Made by a program: the position numbers and the translations under genes. Under the pieces are notes generated by a model that was given only the letters and a program-made list of their open reading frames with translations, did no database searches and was not told the DNA's origin. DNA of 64,000 nt from Macrostomum hystrix (lineage: Eukaryota; Animalia; Platyhelminthes). The stretch is from assembly GCA_950097015.1 (NCBI GenBank), contig CATNEN010000030.1, positions 496,001 to 560,000 of the forward strand. The letters run 5' to 3'. The number at the start of each line of letters is the position of its first letter. Position 1 is the stretch's first letter. This document shows positions 36,947 through 48,018 of the stretch, piece by piece.

Positions 36947-39900
36947 ATGCCGGCCCACGGAATCGGAGAATTTGAAGACTCCGTCGAAACCTGGGATGAA
37001 TACCAGGAGCGCCTGGAGCAGCATTTTCTCGCCCAGGACATCACTGACGAGGGCAAGAAGAGAGCAACCCTGCTGAGTGTCTGTGGAAGGAAGACGTTTC
37101 AATTGGCTAGAAGCCTGTGCTCTCCAGCCAAAGTTGCTGGCAAATCGTACGACGACATCTGTTCGCTGCTGAGCGGTCATTTCAACCCGAGACCAAGTGA
37201 GATCGTCCAAAGGTTCCACTTTAACAACCGAGCCCAGCGTGCTGGAGAGACTGTGGCAGAGTTTCTGGCAGAGCTGCGGAAGCTGGCCGAGTTCTGCAAC
37301 TTTGGCAACAGCTTGTCGGACATGCTGCGGGACAGACTGGTGTGCGGCATCGCGGATCAGCAAATCCAACGCCGGCTGCTGATGGAGCCGACCCTCACCC
37401 TCGACACAGCAAAGGAGATCGCTCGGGCGGGCGAATCGGCAGCCATCAACTGCCGGTCGCTGGGATCAGCGAACTCGGCAGCACCGACGCCATCGACGGA
37501 AAGCGACGCTGTGCTACGGATGGAGCGGCAGCGACCAGAGGAAGACAGCAGACAGCTGGGAGCCGAAAGTCGTCGGCGCTGCTTTCGCTGTCTCTCAACC
37601 CGTCACCTGGCCAGCAAGTGCCCCTTCGTGGACAAGCGCTGCTTTAAGTGCAGCAAGACCGGACACACAGCGAAGGCCTGTAAGACAGATGCACTGCGGC
37701 AGCAGCAGACACACCAGCTGGTGGAGCAGGTGACCACGAGCGCGAGTCCAGATGAGGTGTCGTATCCGTTTTATCATCTGGGGGCGGATCGGCCGCAGTC
37801 AAGTTTTCCACCGATCAGGACATCGGTTTTTATCGAAGGGCGGCAGCACGAGATGGAGGTAGACACAGGTGCATCTGTATCGCTGATGTCTGAGCGCACA
37901 TTCAAGGCGAACCTGGACGGACTGGTTACACTGTCCCGGTCAACGATTCAACTCAGCACCTACACCGGTCAGACCGTGCGCGTGCTCGGCCAGCTGTCCG
38001 TCCGCGTGCGAGTGTCCGCCGACTCTGATGAAGCGCAACTGCGGCTTCTCGTTGTCGCCGGCGACGGTCCGAGCCTCCTCGGTCGGGATTGGCTGGCTCA
38101 GCTGCGCCTGGACTGGCAGTCGGTCAAGCGCATCGGTGACCCTGCTGAGAAGCTCATCAAGGAGTTCTCAGATGTCTTCCAAGGCCTGGGAGAGTTCAAC
38201 GGCAAGCCAGTGTCTATCAGTCTCAAGGAGACCGCCAGACCGAAGTTCTTGAAGGCGCGACCTGTTCCTTTCGCGCTGCGTGAAAAAGTCGAACAGCAGC
38301 TGCAGAAGGAAATCGACCAAGGAGTGCTGATGCCGGTCAAGAACTCCGACTGGGCGTCACCGATCGTGCCAGTGATGAAATCGGACGGCAGCGTCCGCGT
38401 CTGTGCAGATTTCAAGCAGGGAGTCAACACAGCGATTCGGCCGGAGGCGTACCCCCTGCCAAACATCGACGAACTGTTCGCCCGGCTGACTGGCGGGCAA
38501 AAGTTCTCTAAGCTGGACCTGACCAACGCATTTATGCAGCTTCCGCTGGACGAGGAAGCCCAAGAGGTCTGTACAATCAACACTTCCGTCGGACTCCTGC
38601 GCTACACCCGACTGCCTTTTGGGGTGTCGATTGCCCCAAGCGTCTTCCAACGAGTGATGGACAACCTGCTGCGTGGAATTCCGCACACAGCATCCTTCAT
38701 CGATGATGTCATCATCACGGGAGAGGACGACGCGAGCCATCTGCACAATCTCAGAGAGGTCCTGAGGGTCTTCAAGGAATCCGGCCTGACCTGCAAGCTC
38801 GAGAAGTGCAGATTCTTCCAGGACGAGGTCACGTACCTGGGTCACCGCATCGACGCAGAGGGACTGCACCCACTCGACGACAAAGTCCAAGCCGTGCTAG
38901 ATGCACCAGCACCGACGAACACGACTCAGCTCAGGAGCTTCTTGGGCCTCATCAACTATTACGGGAAGTTCCTGCCGAATCTCTCCAGCGTGCTGGCACC
39001 GCTACACCGGCTGCTGGAGAAAAACTCGAAGTGGCGGTGGGACCGCGGTGAGGCCAAAGCGTTTGCCGCAGCAAAGCAGCTACTCACGCATCCAAGTGTC
39101 CTGGTGCACTACAATGCGGCAGAGGACCTCTACCTGGAGTGCGACGCCTCGCAGTACGGCCTGGGCGCTGTCATCTTCCATCGTCAGAACGGCATGGACA
39201 AACCGATCGCGTACGCTTCGCGCAGTCTCAGTGCCGCTGAGAAGAACTACTGTCAGCTGGAGAAGGAGGCACTCGCGCTGGTCTTTGGCGTCAGAAAATT
39301 CCACCAGTATCTGTTTGGCCGAGAGTTCAACCTGCTGACGGACCATCGGCCGCTGTTAGGCCTCCTTGGGCAGGAACGGCCGCTTCCAACGTTGGCGTCC
39401 GGCCGAGTTCAACGATGGGCGCTGCTCCTGACAGCCTATCGCTACCGTCTAGTACATCGCAGCGGGACCTCTATGCTCCGGGCGGACGCCCTGAGCCGCC
39501 TTCCTGCATCAAGCGGGCCCAAGGACGTTCCAGTGCCACCGGAAGTCATTCAAGTGATGGACTGCCTCGACGCCGGTCCGGTGACTTCATCAGATGTGCG
39601 TAACTGGTCACGCCGCGATGCCACATTGTCTCAGGTAATTCGTTTCTGTCTCTCTGCCTGGCCGGACAAGGGATCCCTGTCCCCTGACCTCACGCCCTTC
39701 GGCAAACGCCTACAGGAGCTCTCGGTCCAAGACGGCTGCATTCTTTGGGGCTGCCGCGTCGTCATTCCGGAGGCCTGTCGATCCAGTCTCCTAGAATCGC
39801 TGCACGTCGCACACCCTGGCGCGTCCCGCATGAAGTCGCTGGCCAGGAGCTACATCTGGTGGCCCGGCATGGACCGTGATATCGAGGCGAAGGCAGCGGG

Positions 39901-40998
39901 ATGCCAGGAGTGCCAGAAGCACCAGCGAGTCGGTCCGGAGGTGCCACTGCAACCGTGGCCGCTGCCGACAAGGCCCTGGTCGCGGATTCACATCGACTTC
40001 GCAGGGCCCGTCCAAGGAAGAATGCTCCTGGTGGTAGTCGACTCCTACTCCAAGTGGATCGACGTTCACGTGACGTCGGCAACGACAAGCTCTGCAACGA
40101 TAGAGAAGCTACGACAGACCTTCAGTGCCACGGCCTGCCGGATGCTATTGTCTCGGACAACGGTCCCTGCTTCGCAAGCTCGGAGTTCGAAACCTTCTGT
40201 GCTAAGAACGGCATTCGGCACATCCGCACGCCGCCCTACCACCCAGCTTCGAATGGCCAAGCCGAACGAACTGTGCAGACCGTCAAGAGCTCTCTGAAAA
40301 AACAAGCGAGCGACGGCAGCTCTCTGGAGACGCAGCTGGCGAGATTCTTGCTGAGTTACCGCACAACGCCGCACCCAACGACAGGAGTGGCTCCTTGTGA
40401 GCTACTGATGCGCCGTTCGCTGCGAACGCTCCTCGATGTACCCAGGCCAGACATTGCCAAGCGGGTCCTCGAGAACCAGGAGAAGCAAAGGCTGCAGCAT
40501 GACTCTGGGGCGCACGGGCGGAGCTTCGCGGAGGGCGAGGCAGTGTTCGTTCAAGACTTCAGATGTGGAAAGGAACGGAGCTGGACGCGAGCAACGGTGG
40601 TGGGCATTGAAGGCAGCAACTGGTACCAGTGCAACCTGCCGGACAACAGAACGGTTCGGCGCCATGCAAACCAGATGCGGTGCGATACGACTCACCGCAA
40701 TGTGGACCAACAGCCTCGGGGGCTGGTCTGTCAGCCGCCACAACTGCCACCGCCCCTACCACTGGCACCGCCGCCATCGTCGACACCGACAACGCCGCCG
40801 CCGCCGCCGCCGCCGCCCCCACCGCCGCCGCCGCCGACATCACTACATCAGCCACCGCCAACGCCTCCAACGCCTCCAACAATGGCACCGCAGCAGCAGC
40901 AGCGGCGGGATCAATCACCGCAGCACGTGCCTCGAAGATCGACCAGGATCCGCAAGAGCCCAGACCGTCTGAACTATGGTGGGAGAAGTGTTATGTAG
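36947..40998 (+). CDS. Gag-Pol polyprotein (Gag, 2x CCHC, protease, RT, RNase H, integrase) with a 1-nt deletion frameshift at ~40126-40127
   Basis: Motifs: CFRCLSTRHLASKC and CFKCSKTGHTAKAC; VDTGAS; RLPFGV..AP..FQ; FIDD; CDASQYGLGAV; TDHRPL; LHVAHPG..CQEC; HIDFAGP. Integrase continues in the 39901-40998 frame (HGLPDAIVSDNGP...SNGQAER). The stop codon lies inside the 3' LTR. Confidence 0.93.
40978..40988 (+). other. Polypurine tract GGTGGGAGAAG
   Basis: Immediately upstream of the 3' LTR. Confidence 0.75.
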
Positions 40999-41300
40999 TG
41001 ACTTGCAGCCAGCGCGTATACGCTGAGTACACCGCGCTGGCAGCTGTCTGTTAACTGGCTGAATATCATTTCATTGTGCGGTGCAGCCATGTGCAGCCAG
41101 CGCGCGTACGCTGAGTACACCGCGCTGGCAGCCGTTTGGTTAACTGGCTGACTTTCAAATCATTGTTCGCTCTATTTTATCACCCCCTAATCCTTACACC
41201 CAACGTGCCGTCGCATAAAATATATATCGCTGTTCTCAGGAGCGTGGAGCTCTGACTGTTTACGTTTCGTTCTAAATACCACCAGTCTAGAGTTATTTCA
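40989..41300 (+). repeat. 3' LTR
   Basis: Matches 36610-36921. Confidence 0.96.
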
Positions 41301-41462
41301 AATATGAAATGCACTCAGTAGATCGCATTGAGTTGATTTTCACATATGTTTTGCGTAAAACTAAATTGAACAGAACTGAACTTTCCCAATTCTCGGTAAA
41401 ATCCTAAAGAATTTCTGATTCTAGTGAGTATACAGTGAGTATACAGTGAATTTAGCTGCTAG

Positions 41463-41773
41463 AGGTTGTAGCATAGTGGTTAGGCCGTCGGACTCACGAC
41501 TTGAATGTCGGGGGTTCGATTCCCGACTCCACTTGAACAATTTGTGTCCTTCAGCAAGACACTTAACTCTGCATTGCTTCAGTTCACCCAGCTGTTAAAT
41601 GGGTACCAGCATCAGTTGAGATAATTGAAGGTGGGTGTGGCGTGCGCCCAGTCCATGGACTGAACAGCCGTACGCAGCCTTCAGATGCGCCGCGCATTAG
41701 CTGCGGCTGTGCTGTCGGCTGCACATCTGACCCAATCGGGGCCAGGTGTAATCAATTATAATTATAATTATTA
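41463..41773 (+). mobile_element. tRNA-headed SINE family 2 with a CORE-like central domain, full length
   Basis: A-box TAGCATAGTGG and B-box GGTTCGATTCC. CORE-like TGTGTCCTTCAGCAAGACACTTAACT...TCAGTTCACCCAGCTGTTAAATGGG. (ATT/TAAT)n tail. 11-bp TSD TTAGCTGCTAG at 41452-62 and 41774-84. Confidence 0.88.
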
Positions 41774-42459
41774 TTAGCTGCTAGGAATTCGGCTAGCTTT
41801 GAGTTTCCGGTTGTGAAGCTAGAAAAACGCAATACTACTCTCAGTAGCACTGGATCACTCAAGTTGGGCAACATTGAAGCTGCGATGCAAAATGCTTTAA
41901 AATAAGCTCAATTTCGGATAGGAATTGGAAAGGAAACCACACCGTTTAATTTTTCTTCAAACAAGGAGCTGTGGTCCAACGGTCTCCTACCAGGTACAAA
42001 TTGGCTACAAACTAGGCAGAAGACAAAGTGTGTACTTTTGAATAGGATAGGACTGCGCACTGAAAAACTGTTATTAAGCAATGTCCAATGCCTGTCTCTC
42101 TCTCCCTGTCTCTATATTTATGTTTCGCTCCACTTAGTGAAACCTAGAACAGAGTCGCAGAACAATGGCATCGCATTGCATCGGTCATTATCCTCTCCTT
42201 ATATTTAAGGAGAGGCCAACTGGAAATTATAAAAGTAAATTTTCAGCTGCCACTCACCTTAACGAAACTCTGCAGTCTTGCTGGAAATGCCAAACTCGTT
42301 TGTCTCGTGACGGTTTCGAAAAACTTGGACCTCCTAAATTGACGCTGGTAGAACTGTAAGTCTGTTTATTACTTATTCTATGAGCAGCTGGCTGGTTCGA
42401 AAATGCTTAACTTAAGTACCAAAACTTATAATGATTCAGATTTCAATTTTTTGGTATAT

Positions 42460-42766
42460 AATATTAATAATAATTGATCACACCTGGCCCCTATTGGGCC
42501 AGACGTACAGCCGACAGCACAGCCGCAGCTATTGCGCGGCACATCTCAAGGCCGGGTACAGCTTTTCAGTCCATCGACTGGGGGGACGCCACACCCACCC
42601 TCAGTTACCCCAGCTGATGCTGGCACCCATTTATTAGCTGGGTGAACTGAAGCAACGCATAGTTAATGACTTGCTAAAGTACACAAATTGTTTCAGTGGA
42701 GTCAGGAATCGACCCCCCGACTTTCAAGTCGTGAGTCCGACGCTTCAACCACAAGGCTACAATCTC
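42460..42766 (-). mobile_element. SINE family 2 (CORE-like), full-length copy inverted relative to 41463-41773
   Basis: Reverse-complement homology over head, core and tail. Confidence 0.85.
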
Positions 42767-42895
42767 TTCACGCAATAGGTACATGTATAGTTGACAGCCT
42801 CAAGTGTCGTAGGCAAGTCACATCAATTGATTTATTCGCAATGGTCGATGCAGGTCTCGAGCACAACCTGAACTGTACGCCTCTGAGAACAACAC

Positions 42896-44246
42896 ATGGA
42901 GAACCACTGCAGCCATGCGAGAGCATTCGGCGCGCCGCGGCTGGACTGGCAGATGGCGCTACGACTAAAGCAGATCTTTGCACTGCGCTACGGTGGCAAG
43001 AAGACCATTGGCAAGATTGAACTAGTTGCAGCGTTCCTTGTTGCCGACGGAACTGTTGCAGCTTATCATGTTTACAATAGGTGTGTGTGCTTGCTGTACG
43101 AGCTAGGCAACTAACTGTACCCAACAAAAGAAAATTGCACGCATTGAAATATCTCAAGATTGTTGTCTATGGTACAATCTATGTTAAATAGCCAAGCGAT
43201 TGAATCCTTTGATTCATCCATTCAAGCACTAGACCACAGACAACATGTCTATAGTATTAGAGGCCCTTTTATTCACTCTCATTGATGGTATGTAGAACTG
43301 CAATGATCCTGCAAACTTAACAGTAGAACTACCAAGAGGGGGAAATCCCCCCCCCTTGACAATTTTATTCGCCGCACCCTAACAGAAAAACCCAAGCACA
43401 CGAAACTCAAGAACACGGGCCAACTTTTTGTTGCGCATCTTCTGAAACAATAATCAAGTCGCCAGCTCTTTAGACCGTCCAGAAACCGTCATGTTTCTGG
43501 CCGTAGGTCAGATTTTCCCGTAAGCGCTAATGTATTTCATTTACCCCAATACAAAGATTTGCACTGCGCCTCAGTGCGGCCTTGCCAGGCCTTCAAAATT
43601 TATCAGCCTGTCACCCGAACGTGCCTGCATAATCGCTGTCTTCAATGGTCACCTACCTTTATCTAGACGGATTTGATAGACCTTCAATGGCTACAACAGG
43701 TGTAAATAGGCCACTATGGACACCCTGACGCGAATTACTACCAATTTCACTGATCAAGCCAAAATATTAGGCGCAGCTCAACCACAGTACACCATCGCCT
43801 AGTCTGTCAACCAATCAGTCACCACCTAACGCTGTTAGCGTTCGGGCGCTGCAAAAAAAGTTTCAGGGTGGGGGGGAATTCACCCCTCGGTATAAAAAAT
43901 GGCTTGGTAGTCCTGGTACCAAGAGAAAGAGCATGAGAGATCATGTGCCTGAGAATGAACCTCCGTACCGAACTTACAATATAGAATGTTAAGCTAAATT
44001 TTCCCAATATTTAGAAATCGATTCTTCGAGCTGACTGAGAAACGGCAGCGACTATTTCAAAGCTACTACGGCCGAGGGCAGCAGTACGTCATCATGTACG
44101 AGAGTCTACTTAGACAGTGCGAGTATTATCACGCAGTCAGCATCGAGGACGTCAGCGCTTGGCCGGCGAAGTCCGGTGGCCGCAAGGCGTTGCCTTGGCG
44201 ACAAGCTTTCCGAGATGCTCTGTGCGTTGGCGCCAATGACTCTTAA
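42896..44246 (+). pseudogene. Possible truncated ependymin-like gene fragment; exon-like segments 42896-43080 and 44015-44246
   Basis: Phase-2 donor AG|GT at 43081 joins in frame to acceptor TAG| at 44014 across the MITE-containing intron. Translation YHVYNRNRFFELTEKRQRLFQSYYGRGQQYVIMYESLLRQC resembles the EPDR YD..RLF..Y..G..Y.I...KQC segment. No clear signal peptide or C-terminal half. Confidence 0.3.
43321..43914. mobile_element. TTAA-type MITE, copy 3 (right TIR lacks terminal ACTG)
   Basis: TTAA|CAGTAGAACTACCAAG ... CTTGGTAGTCCT followed by GGTACCAAG. Body homologous to copies 1 and 2. Confidence 0.85.
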
Positions 44247-45054
44247 CCGTGTGAGAGGTTATCGACTTTTGAGTAGGCCAGAAGATTTGGCGTAAATTTT
44301 ATTGCGTTATTGGCCCAGTTGACAAAACTTGACAATAGTGCAACAGCTACACTCTCAGATCCTTCGAAAAGAGAGGAAGTAATATAAATTATTTTCTACG
44401 TGTTAAAGCTCTGATTCGATTGTATTTTAGATTAACGCAGAGCTTTCGCTTAGTGCAACTTTATTAACAGCGCGGACTGTCAAAACGCTACAATGACTCA
44501 GGCACACGTCGCACAAGTCTTGTACTCCAATTCTACCAACCCAAAAGTAAGAAAGAAGAAGTATTAAATTAATAATTGAAACGAGACGGCTTGTGTTTAT
44601 TTATGGCCATCACAGATGGCGCGGTATAGCGGCGATTGGCCAAACGAATGTTAGTCCTTTGATTTTTTGGATTACTAAGCTTTTATTAAAAAAAACGCGC
44701 TCGTAAATTTGCAGTGCTTTTAAGAAATGCGAGCCAGAAAATTTTACTAATTTGCTTTATACTCTAAGCAGACTACAAAGATTATCGAAAAAGAAACAAA
44801 ACTTTGACTAATTAGCTAGAGTGAGAACTGACCTAATTGTGGCTAGAATAAAATGGACAGATTAACTATAGCGAAAACTGTTTTAATAGGGAGTGGTAAT
44901 TACGACACCAATATAGTTTCGAGGGAGCTATATAAAAAGGCTAAATAGTCAGATGATTTTTGCTGGGATCGCTTCATAGGGAGACAGTACAGTAGTTCTG
45001 ACACCAAAGAGGTTGTCATTTTTTTTCAATGTCATTTGTAAAGACACACTTAAA

Positions 45055-45753
45055 CTAAGGTTCATCATTCGTGATTGCGGGCCAGCCAGTCTTAGCCGAG
45101 CCGTTAGCTTCGTATGCGTCGATGTCGTAAGCCATGGTAACTTCTTTTTGCTTGCGATCAAGCAGCAGGAAGCGACTGCGTACGGTAAAGCCTTCAAGTT
45201 GACAGACTCGACGATTTATAGCATCTACTGCGGTGTAGCGAACGAATATATCTGTGACAGTTCCACGCCCGGCTGGCCACCCTGTCACTAGCGTCTCGTC
45301 GAGCCGGTAATTGGTGGCGTTCAGACGCTGAAAGCCGTTCTGCGGCGTCAGGCATCGATGGAGCAAGGGCGAGTAGCCACTTGGCGCAACCCGGGACACC
45401 AGACGGCTCGAAATGCGGTCAGTTTTATCCAGAAGCCAGAGTGCGCCACGCCAGTACAGTAAACTATAAGCATTTGTACGCAACTCGAAAATCGACTGCT
45501 GCTCGTAACCGACAATGATTGATACGCGTAAAGGTGGCCTTGAAATATCCAACGGAGGTCTACGCTTATCGGTTAAATAGTTCAAGCGGCGAGTTCTGTA
45601 CAGAATAATATTAGCGTGCCACCTCTCTGGCAGGCAGCAGTAGTTGTCATCGCTGTCGTTGATATCACTGCCCGACGCCTGTGGGGCTCCAACCGTCTGT
45701 GGCGTTTGATGCGTTAGCAGCCCAAGCAAAATTAGGACGAGTAGAGGTAACAT
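45055..45753 (-). CDS. Secreted ependymin-related (EPDR-like) protein, 232 aa, single coding exon
   Basis: ATG directly after an acceptor-like CTTACAG. Hydrophobic signal peptide MLPLLVLILLGLLT. Motif order CCLPERW, VGYE, RCLTP, VTGW, VCQL matches the invertebrate EPDR pattern from memory; no HMM was run. Confidence 0.62.
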   Translation of the reverse strand: MLPLLVLILLGLLTHQTPQTVGAPQASGSDINDSDDNYCCLPERWHANIILYRTRRLNYLTDKRRPPLDISRPPLRVSIIVGYEQQSIFELRTNAYSLLYWRGALWLLDKTDRISSRLVSRVAPSGYSPLLHRCLTPQNGFQRLNATNYRLDETLVTGWPAGRGTVTDIFVRYTAVDAINRRVCQLEGFTVRSRFLLLDRKQKEVTMAYDIDAYEANGSAKTGWPAITNDEP

Positions 45754-47644
45754 CTGTAAGTTGTGCTTGGATACAGGAAATGAGCTTCTTCGGGGGGCTT
45801 CTTACAAGTTCTCCTATTAAAAAATCCTCTCTATTTTATAGACTCACGAGGACAACCACCTCTAAATTTCTTATCCAATGCGGAACCAGTTGGAAATTCG
45901 AATGCCCATTGGATAAGTTTATCAGCTTCTTCTGTTACTGGATGAAGACTTTTTCCTTAATTAACCCACTGGTCCAATGAACATTCAAAGTCTCGCTTAC
46001 GGTCAGTGTTTGTTATCTTACAATTTTCATGGGTGACGGTATGTCATGGGGCTTAGCGCAACTAAATTAAATATATTACGTTCTAAAAAGCCCGTCTAAA
46101 ATCCACTTATTGCACGGGAGAGCAGTCTTCAAGGAGACTTCAATCCTAGCAGTCCTCTAGAACTCTCTAAGAATTATTGCTTTGTACGTTAGGGATTGCA
46201 GTAGTTGGTTCTGGAGCTCGATGCCCTGACCCAGATCATGGACAGATCATCCATGGAGCCTAGCATTGTCCCATGCATGGATCATCCAGTAACATCCATG
46301 GTCCCATACATGTTCATACATGTGTGGTCCATGCATATTACATCCATGGAATTTATACCATCCATGATCATTCATGGCGCTTCTGTCCATCTATGGGCCT
46401 CCATGGGTATGGCATGATGACACCATAGTTGCTGCGGCGGCAGCTTCTGTACACTTCGGTCATGATGTACAGCCAGCTTCTCTGGTTTTGGGCGGGTTAC
46501 TTAAAGGGAGCACTTAAAGGCGATGAGATAAAACTGTATGGTCTGGTGACGATTTATTGTCATTTTAATGTGGTGAAGTTCAGATTCAATGTGGTGAAGT
46601 TCTCGAAAACCGAAAGAAAATATCAAGTCGCCTCCATGTGCCCCTCAGGACATAAGTAAAAGCAAATGGTCAAGGATTTTTCTTAGCGGCTTATCGTATT
46701 CTCCTTATTTCCGAACAAGAAAACAAGATTCATTCATATCTATTTCTACACGTAATCATACACGCATTTTTGGTAGCTTTCGTAATTAGTTTCGTTTTCA
46801 AGCAGTTAACATGATCGTAAATCCATCATGAATAACAAACGGTTTTAAATTAGAAATCATTTTGACAACAAAAGTAGCACGTATAAGTATTCAACCAATC
46901 GCTATTTTTTTCTTTGTTTTCTCCAAAGCGGCGGTGTGTCCTTTGCTCAAGTTAAAGCGAATAATTCCCGGTTAGTAGGTCAGCTATATTGGTAAGCAGC
47001 TGGCCAGGGACAGATTAATACAATAATAGCTTATAGATATAGTAGGAATTGCTTCTTCCATAGGACTTCAATTACTAGATATAATTGACATTACAACGCA
47101 TGGCACCCAGATTACTGGTCATGGATGAAAATATGTGCTAAATGTTTCAATTTTTTTGTAGTCTTAAGTCTGTTACTGTTATCCATTTATATAGCTATAT
47201 TCGTCACATTTTTAGTCACTGACTTGTCAAGGCCACAATAATTTAACTATATTTATATAGGCCTACTGAAGGCCACTGTGCACTGTGTTTAAGCCTGCTT
47301 TAGGCCTATAGCTAATTTAATAGTGCAAAAACATAAATAATTTTTGCTTACATTACAAAAGTTATGTCAGGAGGTTTCTCAAAGATTCAAGGCATCTTTC
47401 AAAATGTGTAAGTACTAACTTTGAACTAGCTTTAATAAACACTTTTAAGTTTAAATAATCTTGTCAGCCAAAGCTTATACTGGCCTATTGCTACCTAGGC
47501 CTACTTGAATTCATCTTGAAGTATAGGGGCCTTGCTAATATAGTCTTATTAAAGGAAGTTGTTTGATTATTTGTCTGGTTAACCAAGTTATAACTTATAA
47601 CTAAGTTATAAGGGGTTGTAGCACTACCACGAGAACCTCTATCA

Positions 47645-48018
47645 ATAATAATAATAATAGGCCTAGTTGCAGAAGGGCTGCGGGTAATGGCACATAATTT
47701 AGTGACACTAGACCTGCAGCCAGCGAGGAGGCAATTCTGCCCATTTCGCTGACTCCTGAGCACACACGCACACAGATACTGTACGCAGGCATACACTCAC
47801 ACAGGTTTGTACATCTGCCCTGACTTTCTCATCGTCAGGCAGTGTACATTTCATTGTGCCTTGGAGGTTGGCCCACAAGGGCATAAATTGTACGACAAGC
47901 CCCCAAGCCTTCTCTCCGTGGCTGCACCCCAAATGAATGTGGCCTCGCCGTGGAATCAAACTTAGGGACCGTGGTGCAAGTAGGCAAACACATTAGACTG
48001 CTCTGCCACCAACCCCTT
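47645..48018 (-). mobile_element. tRNA-headed SINE family 1, full-length copy with TSD
   Basis: 14-bp direct repeat GAGAACCTCTATCA at 47631-44 and 48019-32. Head TGGTGGCAGAGCAG..TTTGATTCC and (ATT)n tail on the minus strand. Confidence 0.88.

Larger units (their letters stand above)
36610..41300 (+). mobile_element. Full-length Ty3/gypsy LTR retrotransposon, Mag-like, very recent insertion
   Basis: LTRs 36610-36921 and 40989-41300 (312 bp each, TG...CA, no difference seen by eye). 5-bp TSD AATAT at 36605-09 and 41301-05. PBS, PPT and a fused gag-pol ORF with two CCHC knuckles are present. Confidence 0.97.

Noticed and set aside
41463-41535. tRNA genes at SINE heads (also ~10451-10525, ~47940-48018 and ~55845-55917)
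   Set aside because: A and B boxes are present but there is no complete acceptor stem, and each head is fused to a repeat body and tail.
42768-43157. Minus-strand 129-aa ORF with a signal-peptide-like start
   Set aside because: No recognisable domain; overlaps the plus-strand exon candidate and ends at a SINE.
46225-46420. CATG/CCATGG-rich stretch
   Set aside because: Degenerate low-complexity sequence without a stable period or coding signal.
47815-47845. Hammerhead ribozyme core CTGACGA...GAAA in SINE family 1
   Set aside because: No room for stem II between CUGANGA and GAAA; the segment is better explained as a simple hairpin.
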